Source: Candidatus Edwardsbacteria bacterium
GTDB taxonomy: Bacteria > Edwardsbacteria > AC1 > EtOH8
Length of the DNA: 64,000 nucleotides
Assembly: GCA_018821925.1 (NCBI GenBank)
Contig: JAHJLF010000030.1
Span: 5,851-69,850 of the forward strand
Reading direction: 5' to 3'
In this document: one piece after another, positions 36,386-44,911 of the stretch
How positions within the stretch are numbered: the stretch's first letter is position 1
How the letters are laid out: every line of letters begins with the position of its first letter
Made by a program: the position numbers and the translations under genes
Notes under the pieces: model-generated
Database searches by the model: none
What the model saw: only the letters and a program-made list of their open reading frames with translations
Told to the model about the DNA's origin: nothing

Positions 36386-37504
36386 TTATAATTTTTTGGC
36401 GATGGCCTCGGCCATTTCCAGGGTCTTGTTGGTGCCACCCATGTCGTAGGTTTTAACCTTGCCCTCCTTGATCACCTCGGCGGTGGCCTTTTCTATCTTG
36501 TCGGCTTTCTCGGTCTCGCCCAGCCAGGTCAGCATCATTTTGGCCGCCAGAATGGTGGCGATGGGGTTGCACTTGTACATCCCGGCGTATTTGGGTGCCG
36601 AGCCGTGGGTGGGTTCGAATACCGCCAGTTTTTCGCCGATGTTGCCGGAGCAGCCGAAGCCCAGGCCGCCCACCATCTGGGCGCACAGGTCGGAGACGAT
36701 GTCGCCGAACATATTGGTGGCCACCAGCACCTCGTAGTTCATGGGGTTCTTCAGCAGCCACATGCAGATGGCGTCGATGTTGGCGTCGTCGCACTGGATG
36801 CCGGGGTAATCCTTGGCCACTTCCTTGCCGATCTCCAGGAACAGCCCCTCGGTGGCCCGCACCACGTTGGCCTTGTGGATAATGGTCACCTTCTTGCGGC
36901 CGTATTTCTTGGCGTATTCGAAGGCCGCCCGGATGATCCGCTCCGAACCCTTGCGGGTGTTGATCTTGCAGGTGATGGCGTACTGGTCCAGGGCCACATC
37001 CTTGAAGGCGGCGAAGCCCTTGGCGTTCTTCAGCAGGACGTCTTTGACCTCCTGGGGCACCGGGGAAAATTCCACCCCGGCGTACAGGTCCTCGGTGTTC
37101 TCCCGGAACACCACCAGGTCGATGCCCTCCTTGTAATTGATGGGATTGCCGGGGAAAGCCCTGCAGGGGCGCAGGCAGGTGTACAGGTCGAACAGCTGGC
37201 GCATCCGGACGATGGGCGAGCGGTAGACCATGCCCTTGCCCTGCAGCTCGGGAACCAGCTCCTTCTCGGCGGCCTTGACCGGCTTGGAGGTGATGGCGCC
37301 GAACATGGCGGCGTCAACCTTGCCCAACAGGTCAATGGTCCTTTGGGGGAAGGAATCGCCCTCCTTGCACCAGAACTCCCAACCGATGTCGCCGTGGATG
37401 TACTCGGCATCCAGCTTGACCTTGTCCAGCACTATCTTGGCGGCTTCCAGGGCCTCGATCCCGATGCCGTCGCCCGGCAACCAGGCTATCTTGTACTTGG
37501 CCAT
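36386..37504 (-). CDS. Beta-decarboxylating dehydrogenase (isopropylmalate/homoisocitrate/isocitrate family)
   Basis: LPGDGIG, FRENTEDLY, HKANV, NMFGDIVSD, FEPTHGSAPK. Confidence 0.93.
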   Translation of the reverse strand: MAKYKIAWLPGDGIGIEALEAAKIVLDKVKLDAEYIHGDIGWEFWCKEGDSFPQRTIDLLGKVDAAMFGAITSKPVKAAEKELVPELQGKGMVYRSPIVRMRQLFDLYTCLRPCRAFPGNPINYKEGIDLVVFRENTEDLYAGVEFSPVPQEVKDVLLKNAKGFAAFKDVALDQYAITCKINTRKGSERIIRAAFEYAKKYGRKKVTIIHKANVVRATEGLFLEIGKEVAKDYPGIQCDDANIDAICMWLLKNPMNYEVLVATNMFGDIVSDLCAQMVGGLGFGCSGNIGEKLAVFEPTHGSAPKYAGMYKCNPIATILAAKMMLTWLGETEKADKIEKATAEVIKEGKVKTYDMGGTNKTLEMAEAIAKKL

Positions 37505-37715
37505 TTGAATAACTCCTTATGGTAATAGTGATTTACGTTGACGTGGTGTTGGAATTGGTATTTTACCTCAAAAAAAATACTGCGTCAAGCCAAAACAGAA
37601 ATTACTTTGGGATTAATTTATCAGGGTCGACCATATAACCGGTCTCGTTATCAGCAGCGTCATCCAAACATGCAGTTTCCTAGACATAAAAAAGCCCTCC
37701 AACAATAGAGCAATA

Positions 37716-37744
37716 AAAAGCCCCGCATAAAAAGCGGGGCTTTT
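37716..37744 (-). terminator. Intrinsic terminator after the thiolase
   Basis: AAAAGCCCCGC-ataaaaa-GCGGGGCTTTT. Confidence 0.8.
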
Positions 37745-37769
37745 AAAAGCAGATGGAATTAAACGATTT

Positions 37770-38972
37770 TCAGACCCTCTCGATCACCATTGCAATACCC
37801 TGTCCCACCCCAACACACATGGTGCACAGCGCCCTCTTTAGATTGCTTTTCTGCAATTGGAGGGAGGCGGAGACAAGAATTCTGGCGCCGCTCATACCCA
37901 ACGGATGACCAAGGGCGATGGCCCCACCCAGGGGGTTGATCCGGGCATCGTTATCGGCCAGACCCAATTCCCGGATACAGCCCAGCGCCTGTGCGGCAAA
38001 GGCTTCGTTGATTTCCAAAATGTCCATATCATTTAGCGTCAGTTTCAGCCGATCCAACAGTTTTTTTGTCGCCGGAACCGGTCCCATTCCCATTATCCTG
38101 GGGGGGACCCCGGCCGTGCTCATTCCCAGGATCTTGGCCAGGGGGGTCAGGTGGTATTTTTTTAAGGCACTCCCGGATGCCACCAGCAATGCCGCCGCCC
38201 CGTCGTTAATCCCTGAAGAGTTGCCGGCGGTGATCGTTCCTTGTGGGCGGGTTATCGGCTTAAGCTCCCCTAATTTTCCCAAGCTGACCTTCCGGGGGTG
38301 CTCATCCCTGTCAATAATTATAGGATCGCCCTTGCGCTGCGGGATATATACAGGGATGATCTCTCTTGATAATGAGCCGTCATTCTGCGCTATCTGCGCT
38401 TTCTCCTGGCTCCAGAAGGCAAATCTATCCTGGTCCTCCCGGCTGATCCCGTATTCGGTGGCGATGTTCTCGGCCGTTTCGATCATGGATTCAGTGCCGA
38501 ATCTTTTTTCAAACGACTGGTTGACGAACCTCCACCCGATGGTGGTGTCATATAGCTCGATTTTCCGGGAGAACGCTTCGGCCGCTTTCCCCATCACAAA
38601 CGGAGCCCGGGACATGCTTTCCACGCCGCCGGCCACGATCAGATCCGCCTCTCCGGCCCGGATGAATCTGGCTGCAGTGCCCACGGCATCCATTCCGGAT
38701 CCGCACAGACGGTTCACTGTCAGCCCCGATACGGTTTCCGGCAGGCCGGCCAGCAGCAGCGCCATCCGGGCAACGTTCCGGTTGTCCTCCCCGGCCTGGT
38801 TGGCGCAGCCCAGTATCACATCATCGAGCGACGGCCAATCGACGCCCCGGTTGGCATCGACCAGCGTTTTCAGGGGAATTGCCGCCAGATCGTCAGCCCT
38901 CACCGATGAAAGAGCCCCCCCGTACTTTCCTACCGGGGTCCTGACTGCGGCGCAGATGAAAACGTCTTGCAT
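37770..38972 (-). CDS. pcaF: 3-oxoadipyl-CoA thiolase (PcaF/PaaJ type)
   Basis: EDNRNVARMALLLAGLP, NRLCGSG, YDTTIGWRFVN, GHPLGMSG, CVGVGQG. Confidence 0.88.
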   Translation of the reverse strand: MQDVFICAAVRTPVGKYGGALSSVRADDLAAIPLKTLVDANRGVDWPSLDDVILGCANQAGEDNRNVARMALLLAGLPETVSGLTVNRLCGSGMDAVGTAARFIRAGEADLIVAGGVESMSRAPFVMGKAAEAFSRKIELYDTTIGWRFVNQSFEKRFGTESMIETAENIATEYGISREDQDRFAFWSQEKAQIAQNDGSLSREIIPVYIPQRKGDPIIIDRDEHPRKVSLGKLGELKPITRPQGTITAGNSSGINDGAAALLVASGSALKKYHLTPLAKILGMSTAGVPPRIMGMGPVPATKKLLDRLKLTLNDMDILEINEAFAAQALGCIRELGLADNDARINPLGGAIALGHPLGMSGARILVSASLQLQKSNLKRALCTMCVGVGQGIAMVIERV

Positions 38973-38978
38973 AGATAT

Positions 38979-40337
38979 TTATTTCAAATATGGTTTTATG
39001 TGCCTGAACCCGCTCAGGGCCGCTTCGGACAGGAGGTCTATCTCCTTCTGGGTCACTACGGTGGAGAACACACAGGAACAGGAGTTGATGATTATCACGC
39101 CCTTTTGGTAAAGATGCTCCAGGAACAGATTGATGATCTTCTTGGCCTTTTCATCCTCGTAGCTCTCACGGTAGGTGGTTGGCGGGTTCTCCCGGAAATG
39201 GATCTTGAACATGGACCCCTCCCCGGTGATGCAGATGGGCAGGCCGGCGACCTGGGCGGCCTCGAAGATCTGTTTTCGGGCAATCTGGGCGGTAACATTC
39301 AGCTTATTCACCGCCTGGCGGTCGAACATCTCCATGGCAACCCTTCCGGCCGTCATCGACACCGGATTGGCCGAAAAGGTTCCGGACAGGGGAAATCGGA
39401 AGCTGTTGTGGCCCGGGTCAAGCACGCTCATGACGTCGTCGCGTCCGGCAAAGGCCCCGATCGGAAAGCCGCCGCCGATGATCTTCCCCAGCGAAGTGAG
39501 GTCCGGCGCCACGGTGTAATTGCCCTGAGCGCCTTGGTAGTTGACCCTGAAACAGATAACCTCGTCGAAAGCCAGCAAGGCCCCGTTCTGGCGGGTCCAG
39601 GCATGGATCGCTTCGACGAATTCCTGGCTGGCTTTTATCATCCCTATCCGGTGGGGGATGGGATCGACAATGACGCAGGCGATCTCCCCGGCATATCGGT
39701 CAAGAATTTTAATCGTTCTTTCGATGTCGTTGAATGGATAAATGACCACGTCGTCAAGGACGCCTTGGGGAGTGCCGTACACGTTCGGCACCTTGTTCGG
39801 CAGGTCCGGGTTGCCCCAGTTCGATGGGTTGGCGCTCTGGCTGGTCTCGGCACAGTCGTAACTGCCGTGGTATCCGCCCTCCGCCTTGGCGATCTTGGGC
39901 TTGCCGGTAAAGGCCCTGGCGGTCTTGATCATGGCCATGACCGCTTCGGTGCCGGAATTTACAAAACGTATCTTCTGAAAGCCGGGGACCCGATTGCACA
40001 AAAGTTCGGCCAACTGGATCTCAACCTCGGTCCCAATGGTGAAGGCGGTGCCCCTCCGTATCTGGGCGCAGACGGCCTCGACTATGGCCGGATGCGCGTG
40101 TCCATGGATGAGCGAGGCGATATTATTGGCGAAATCCACATGCTTTACTCCGTTGATGTCGGTAACATAGCATCCCGAAGCGCTGGAAACATAGAACGGA
40201 TGGGGCTTGCGGTAGACCAGATTGCGGCTGACTCCGCCCGGCAGGCACTCGCAGGCCCTTTTATACAAGGCTTCCTCGGTGTTGGTTACGGCATTGCCGT
40301 CATTTAATCCGTCAGTCATCCTAAAACCCTCCGACAT
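38979..40337 (-). CDS. Class III PLP aminotransferase, GSA-aminomutase-like (candidate beta-amino acid / beta-aminoacyl-CoA transaminase)
   Basis: PGGVSR, FVNSGTEA, GYHG, FDEVI, SLGKIIGGGFP (PLP Lys), GTFSANP. Confidence 0.88.
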   Translation of the reverse strand: MSEGFRMTDGLNDGNAVTNTEEALYKRACECLPGGVSRNLVYRKPHPFYVSSASGCYVTDINGVKHVDFANNIASLIHGHAHPAIVEAVCAQIRRGTAFTIGTEVEIQLAELLCNRVPGFQKIRFVNSGTEAVMAMIKTARAFTGKPKIAKAEGGYHGSYDCAETSQSANPSNWGNPDLPNKVPNVYGTPQGVLDDVVIYPFNDIERTIKILDRYAGEIACVIVDPIPHRIGMIKASQEFVEAIHAWTRQNGALLAFDEVICFRVNYQGAQGNYTVAPDLTSLGKIIGGGFPIGAFAGRDDVMSVLDPGHNSFRFPLSGTFSANPVSMTAGRVAMEMFDRQAVNKLNVTAQIARKQIFEAAQVAGLPICITGEGSMFKIHFRENPPTTYRESYEDEKAKKIINLFLEHLYQKGVIIINSCSCVFSTVVTQKEIDLLSEAALSGFRHIKPYLK

Positions 40338-40338
40338 T

Positions 40339-40992
40339 TTATTTGGTATGAAGCGGAACCGCCGTTATGCTCTGGAGAAAATCGAATTCCACGCCCGGCG
40401 CCATCTCCAAAACATGCAATCCGTCACTCCTCACTTCGATAACGGCGTATTCCGTGAATATCCTGTCGACCACCCCTTTGCCGGTAAGCGGGCAGGTGCA
40501 TTCTTTCACGATCTTCGCTTCCCCGGTTTTGGTGGTATGCTGGGTGATCACAAAAATGGTCTTGACGCCCTGGACCAGGTCCATGGCTCCGCCCACCGCC
40601 GGGATGGCATTGGGCTCCCCGGTAGACCAGTTGGCCAGGTCGCCGCCGCCCGAGATCTGGAAGGCCCCCAGCACGCAGATGTCAATATGCCCGCCCCGGA
40701 CCATGGCAAAACTGTCGGCATGGTGAAAATAGCAGGCGCCCTTTATGGCCGTCACCGACCTCTTTCCGGCGTTGATCAGCTCATCGTCCTCTTGGCCCGG
40801 CAGGGGGGAGGGCCCCACCCCCAGCAGGCCGTTCTCGGTATGGAACAGCACCTCGCTTCCTTCCGGAATGTAATTAGCAACCAGCTCCGGCAGTCCGATG
40901 CCTAGGTTGACATAAGAGCCGTCGGGTATGTTCTGGGCGACCTTCTGGGCCATCTGCTCGCGGGTCCATCCTTTTACGGCTTCACTTTTCAT
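40339..40992 (-). CDS. pcaJ: 3-oxoacid (3-oxoadipate-type) CoA-transferase beta subunit
   Basis: YVNLGIGLP, TENG (catalytic Glu), GGAMDLV. Confidence 0.85.
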   Translation of the reverse strand: MKSEAVKGWTREQMAQKVAQNIPDGSYVNLGIGLPELVANYIPEGSEVLFHTENGLLGVGPSPLPGQEDDELINAGKRSVTAIKGACYFHHADSFAMVRGGHIDICVLGAFQISGGGDLANWSTGEPNAIPAVGGAMDLVQGVKTIFVITQHTTKTGEAKIVKECTCPLTGKGVVDRIFTEYAVIEVRSDGLHVLEMAPGVEFDFLQSITAVPLHTK

Positions 40993-41699
40993 GGATATCT
41001 CTTGTTCTCTTTAAGGAGTTGGTTTTCACTGGCCGGATTGGGCACCGCCACCACCTTGCGCACGAAGATCCCCGGGGTGATCACTGCCTCGGGATCGATC
41101 TCGCCCACGGCAACGATGCGACCGGCCTGGACTATGGAGGATCGAGCGGCCATGCACATGATGGGGGAGAAGTTACGGGCCGTCTTATTATAAAGCAGAT
41201 TGCCGTAGCGGTCGGCGGTCTTGCATTTGATCAGGGCGAAATCGGCTGTTAGTCCGGGCTCCAGCAGGTAGGTCTTTCCGTCGAAGATCCTGGCCTCCTT
41301 GCCCTCGGCCAGCGGCGTGTTTACCGAGGTGGGGGTATAGAATGCGGGGATGCCGGCCCCTCCGGCCCTTATCCTTTCGGCCAGGGTTCCCTGGGGCACC
41401 AGCTCAAGCTCGATCTCCCCTTTGCAGTACAGCTCCGGGAAGACCACCGACTGGGCGGTTCGGGGGAAGGAGCAGATCATTTTTTTAACCTGGCGGTTCT
41501 CAATCAGGGCCGCCAGTCCAACATGACCGTTGCCGGTGTTGTTGCTGACCACTGTGAGATTTTTTGCCCCGTGGTCTATTAAGGCGTGTATCAGCTCGAT
41601 GGGGCTGCCGGCCTCGCCGAAGCCGGCTATCATTACCGTGGCCCCGTCAAAGATATCGGCCACCGCCTGGGCGGTAGATGTTACTATCTTATTGATCAT
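40989..41699 (-). CDS. pcaI: 3-oxoacid (3-oxoadipate-type) CoA-transferase alpha subunit
   Basis: DGATVMIAGFGEAGSP, SNNTGNG, CSFPR, PQGTLAERIRAGGAGIPAFYTPT. Confidence 0.85.
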   Translation of the reverse strand: MINKIVTSTAQAVADIFDGATVMIAGFGEAGSPIELIHALIDHGAKNLTVVSNNTGNGHVGLAALIENRQVKKMICSFPRTAQSVVFPELYCKGEIELELVPQGTLAERIRAGGAGIPAFYTPTSVNTPLAEGKEARIFDGKTYLLEPGLTADFALIKCKTADRYGNLLYNKTARNFSPIMCMAARSSIVQAGRIVAVGEIDPEAVITPGIFVRKVVAVPNPASENQLLKENKRYP

Positions 41700-43251
41700 G
41701 GTTGTTCGCGGCCAGGACCGTTGCGGTTAGGTCCGGCTTGTCCTGATGGGGCTTGGCCACGGATTCCTCCAGCCGCTTTTCAATGTCCGCCAACTCGTCC
41801 TCGTAGAAATGCTTGTCAGCGCCGTAGGGCTTCAGATTGGCGATGGTATTTTCTTTTTCGTCGTATTTTGCCAGGTAAACCTTGTCCATCCAGGCCATAT
41901 CCCGGGCCTCGTTGAACTTCAGGGCAAAAACGGTTTCGCCGTTTACCTCGACTGTCCCCAGCAGCGATATCTTACCAGCCGAGGAGGTCATGGTGATGTA
42001 TCTGGAGGGTCGGTTTATGGAAGCCAGGGAACGATATACCTTGCTGAACACCTTGTTTATGTCGGCCAGCGGCGCTGTGAAGTAGTGATGCTCGCCGGTG
42101 GGCCTGGCGCAATACATGGAGTGAAACCCTACCGAAAGCATGGCCAGCACGTTGCCCAGGTCGATCCAGTTCTGGGCCGAACGATCGACGTCCACTTCGC
42201 CTTTTTCGTTGGTGAACAGACTGATGTGATTCATAATGGGACTCTGGCTCTTGACGGTCGCGCCGTGCGCCTGTAATCTCCTGATGGCTGCAATAGTGCT
42301 GGGGTTGAGGATCTCCCTGGGGGTGGAGAAATGGGACATGAACGCCAGTTGGATGCCGTGATCCTTGAGTTTCCTGAACAATCCAAGCATCTGGTCGTAA
42401 TCCCGGGAAAGAATGAGCTCTGGATGGTATGTCAGAACGCGGGTGCCCAGGCGGACCGTCTTGATGTGCAGCAGTTCGGGATCCTCAATGATCGGGTTGA
42501 TGTATTCCGCAAAGCGATCAGCGGTCAGATAGCCGGCGTCGCCGCCGGTGATCAGGATGTCAGTCACCTCCTGGTGCTGTCTGAGGTATTGGTGTATCTG
42601 GCTAACGTCTTTCTGACAGAACATATCCTCATCGCCCCGGACCTGGGCGTGCCGGAAGCAGTAATTGCAGAAGGCAAAGCAATGCTGGGTCTGGATGTCG
42701 AAGATAAGCTGGCACTGGGGATACTTGTGCTGGCTGCCGTCGACGATCTCGACCTCCCCATCCCTGTTCCGGAAAGCCGGTTTGTTCAGTTTTTGCTTGC
42801 CGTCGTGGGGGTTGGTCTCCCTGATGTGATCCTTCACTACTTTTTGCCGCTGAGCCTCGGTTTGGGCGTTTAAGTAAGCCTGGGTTACATCGGAGCGTAT
42901 CATGCCGGGCTGGGGAAAAACCAACTGAAAGACGGAATCTTTTTCAAAATCCAGCCAGTTTATTGTGTTTAAAACGTGCCGGGTGGCCATAAAGCGGTAA
43001 ACCTCGATAAATAACTCCCGCTCCCGGATATCTCTTAACTCGATGCCGTTTTTTCGCAGTATTTCCACGATCTCCCGGAAACCCTCCAAGCCCACATACT
43101 GTGCTTTATCGTTGAATAAGATTTTTGTCTTCTCTCTAAACCCGGAGTATTGAGGATAGGCCGAATGCAGCCGGTTTAGTAAACCATCGGGCAGAAGATT
43201 TTCCTGCTGGACGACATCGCTAATTTCGCTGGAGAAAAAGAAGTGATTCAT
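41689..43251 (-). CDS. KamA-family radical SAM protein (putative PLP-dependent 2,3-aminomutase)
   Basis: HKYP, CFAFCNYCFR (CxxxCxxC), ILITGGD, RLGTRVL, SHFSTPRE, and SAGKIS at the position of the KamA PLP lysine (GGGGK). Confidence 0.85.
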   Translation of the reverse strand: MNHFFFSSEISDVVQQENLLPDGLLNRLHSAYPQYSGFREKTKILFNDKAQYVGLEGFREIVEILRKNGIELRDIRERELFIEVYRFMATRHVLNTINWLDFEKDSVFQLVFPQPGMIRSDVTQAYLNAQTEAQRQKVVKDHIRETNPHDGKQKLNKPAFRNRDGEVEIVDGSQHKYPQCQLIFDIQTQHCFAFCNYCFRHAQVRGDEDMFCQKDVSQIHQYLRQHQEVTDILITGGDAGYLTADRFAEYINPIIEDPELLHIKTVRLGTRVLTYHPELILSRDYDQMLGLFRKLKDHGIQLAFMSHFSTPREILNPSTIAAIRRLQAHGATVKSQSPIMNHISLFTNEKGEVDVDRSAQNWIDLGNVLAMLSVGFHSMYCARPTGEHHYFTAPLADINKVFSKVYRSLASINRPSRYITMTSSAGKISLLGTVEVNGETVFALKFNEARDMAWMDKVYLAKYDEKENTIANLKPYGADKHFYEDELADIEKRLEESVAKPHQDKPDLTATVLAANNHDQ

Positions 43252-43345
43252 GGGTTATCTCGGTTATGTTTATGATTATTGACTGTCGAAACCGTTGCCC
43301 GGGGCGGCGATTGGCCGGTTTATTCACGGGTCCCCTTGGGCAGGG

Positions 43346-43711
43346 TTAGGGCAATTTCTTTTTCCTCGGTATTTTCACCGGGCTTTTCCGGCATACCTTG
43401 TTCATCCTCAGGTGATCGTCGCTGACCATGCTGTCCTGGTTGGCCCATTGGGTGATATGCTTAAGAAGGATCGGGACGTATTCATTGGCGGCGGCGGCGG
43501 ACAGCCGGTAGTTGACCCATAGGGTGTCCCGTTTGTCCTCAACCAGTCCCGCATCCTTGAGCTGACGCAGGTGGCGGGAAACGCTGGGCTGGGAGATGCC
43601 CAGGACCGTGGTTAACTCATTTACGCTCCGGGGATTATCCTGAAGCATTTTGAGTATTCTAATCCGGTTCTTGTCCCCCAGGGCCTTGAACACCTTGACT
43701 AAATTTTTCAT
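43346..43711 (-). CDS. ArsR/SmtB-family transcriptional repressor
   Basis: FKALGDKNRIRIL, SQPSVSRHLRQLKDAGLV. Confidence 0.92.
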   Translation of the reverse strand: MKNLVKVFKALGDKNRIRILKMLQDNPRSVNELTTVLGISQPSVSRHLRQLKDAGLVEDKRDTLWVNYRLSAAAANEYVPILLKHITQWANQDSMVSDDHLRMNKVCRKSPVKIPRKKKLP

Positions 43712-43731
43712 AATGTATGCCTTGAAATGCT

Positions 43732-43783
43732 TATATAGCTATATGGCTATATAGATGATATCAAAATACCGTCCGGTTGTCAA
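43732..43783 (-). promoter_or_regulatory. Promoter and palindromic operator of the ArsR-led operon
   Basis: Minus strand TTGACA (43783-43778) - 17 bp - TATCAT (43760-43755); inverted repeat TATATAGC-6 bp-GCTATATA (43732-43753) lies over the predicted start site. Confidence 0.7.
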
Positions 43784-43823
43784 ATGTTTTTTTTATTGCT
43801 TCGGCGAATAAATGGCGCAATGT

Positions 43824-43931
43824 GTCATTCCCTGACCGCTCCCTCATTCCCTCTCCACATTGGAGAGGGAAGCCGGCAGGCGGGGAGAGGTCGGGAATCC
43901 AGGCCTGGATGCCATTCTTCAATGGCATGAC
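43824..43931. repeat. Nested REP-like element
   Basis: GTCATTCCC..GGGAATCCAG..CTGGATGCC..GGCATGAC outer unit containing CCCTCTCC-acatt-GGAGAGGG. Confidence 0.7.
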
Positions 43932-44144
43932 AACAAGGATGTTCGATAAACGATAAGGATTATTGATCTATTTAATTGCAAGAGTAATAATCCAAATTAG
44001 TTCCCTCTAGGTATTCGATAGTGTGACGGCGGGGGGAAATATAAGCCGAATGTCTGCTTGCGAAAACACCATAATTTATGATATGATAAACCCTCGCAGG
44101 TTGCCCCAAGATCAACCAAACGAACAGCGGCCAGGAAAGAGCAT

Positions 44145-44882
44145 ATGAAAGATCCCATAATCGGGCTTACCGCCCTGCGCAGCCCCGACCAGACCAGCTA
44201 CCACCATATCCTGACCGGGCCCTATGTCCGGGCCGTGACCGGGGCCGGAGGGTATCCCATAGTGGTGCCGTCCATCGTTGATCGCTGTGACGAGGCCCTG
44301 GATATGATGGATGGGCTGTTGCTAATCGGCGGGGGCGATATTGAAGCCAAGCACCTGGGCGCCGAGAATCATCCCAAGGCAAAATTTTTCAATCCGCTTC
44401 GGGATGAGTTCGAGCTGGCAATGATCAAGAAGGCTGCCAGCAGAAAAATGCCCATGTTCGGCATCTGCCGGGGCATGCAGATAATGAATGTCGCCCTGGG
44501 CGGCTCGCTTTACCAGGACATCAACGACGAACAGGGCACGGCCTTTGACCATATGCGGGAGCAGACCCCAGATGAGCTGGTGCACTCGGTCAGCATCGCC
44601 CCGGATTCCTGCCTGGCCTCCATCCTGGGAACCACCTCGGCCTCGGTGAACAGCGTCCATCACCAGGCGGTCAAAGATTTGGCTCCGGGTCTTAAGGCCG
44701 TAGCCTGGACCCCGGACGGTGTGATCGAGGGCCTGGAATCCTGCTCCGGTGAGGCAGGGTTCATGCTGGGAGTGCAGTGGCATCCCGAGCGGATCGCCGA
44801 GACCATGCCGGAGCAGAGAAGACTGTTCGAGAGGTTTGTCAAGGCGGCGGAGGGATTTAAGCAGGGGGGCCAAAAAGGGTAG
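44145..44882 (+). CDS. Gamma-glutamyl-amide hydrolase (PuuD / peptidase C26 family)
   Basis: GLLLIGGGD, GICRGMQ (Cys), VNSVHHQ, QWHPE. Confidence 0.9.
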   Translation: MKDPIIGLTALRSPDQTSYHHILTGPYVRAVTGAGGYPIVVPSIVDRCDEALDMMDGLLLIGGGDIEAKHLGAENHPKAKFFNPLRDEFELAMIKKAASRKMPMFGICRGMQIMNVALGGSLYQDINDEQGTAFDHMREQTPDELVHSVSIAPDSCLASILGTTSASVNSVHHQAVKDLAPGLKAVAWTPDGVIEGLESCSGEAGFMLGVQWHPERIAETMPEQRRLFERFVKAAEGFKQGGQKG

Positions 44883-44911
44883 CCTGTAACCTGTATACAG
44901 TATTCAGTACG

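Noticed and set aside
37918-40307. Long plus-strand ORFs (37918-39111, 38967-40307)
   Set aside because: Antisense shadows of the thiolase and aminotransferase; no motifs, and typical of GC-rich codon bias.
38979-40337. Calling the aminotransferase hemL (heme biosynthesis)
   Set aside because: No hem genes nearby; it is embedded between CoA-transferase and thiolase, and the GSA-like fold includes beta-transaminases.
37770-41699. Aromatic degradation via the beta-ketoadipate pathway
   Set aside because: No dioxygenase, cycloisomerase, pcaD or paa genes in the window; the partners are amino-acid enzymes. Such genes elsewhere in the genome cannot be excluded.
41689-43251. Calling it lysine 2,3-aminomutase (kamA) or EpmB
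   Set aside because: Longer and divergent, with no kamDE/kdd/kce, ablB, efp or epmA neighbours; family is supported but substrate is not.
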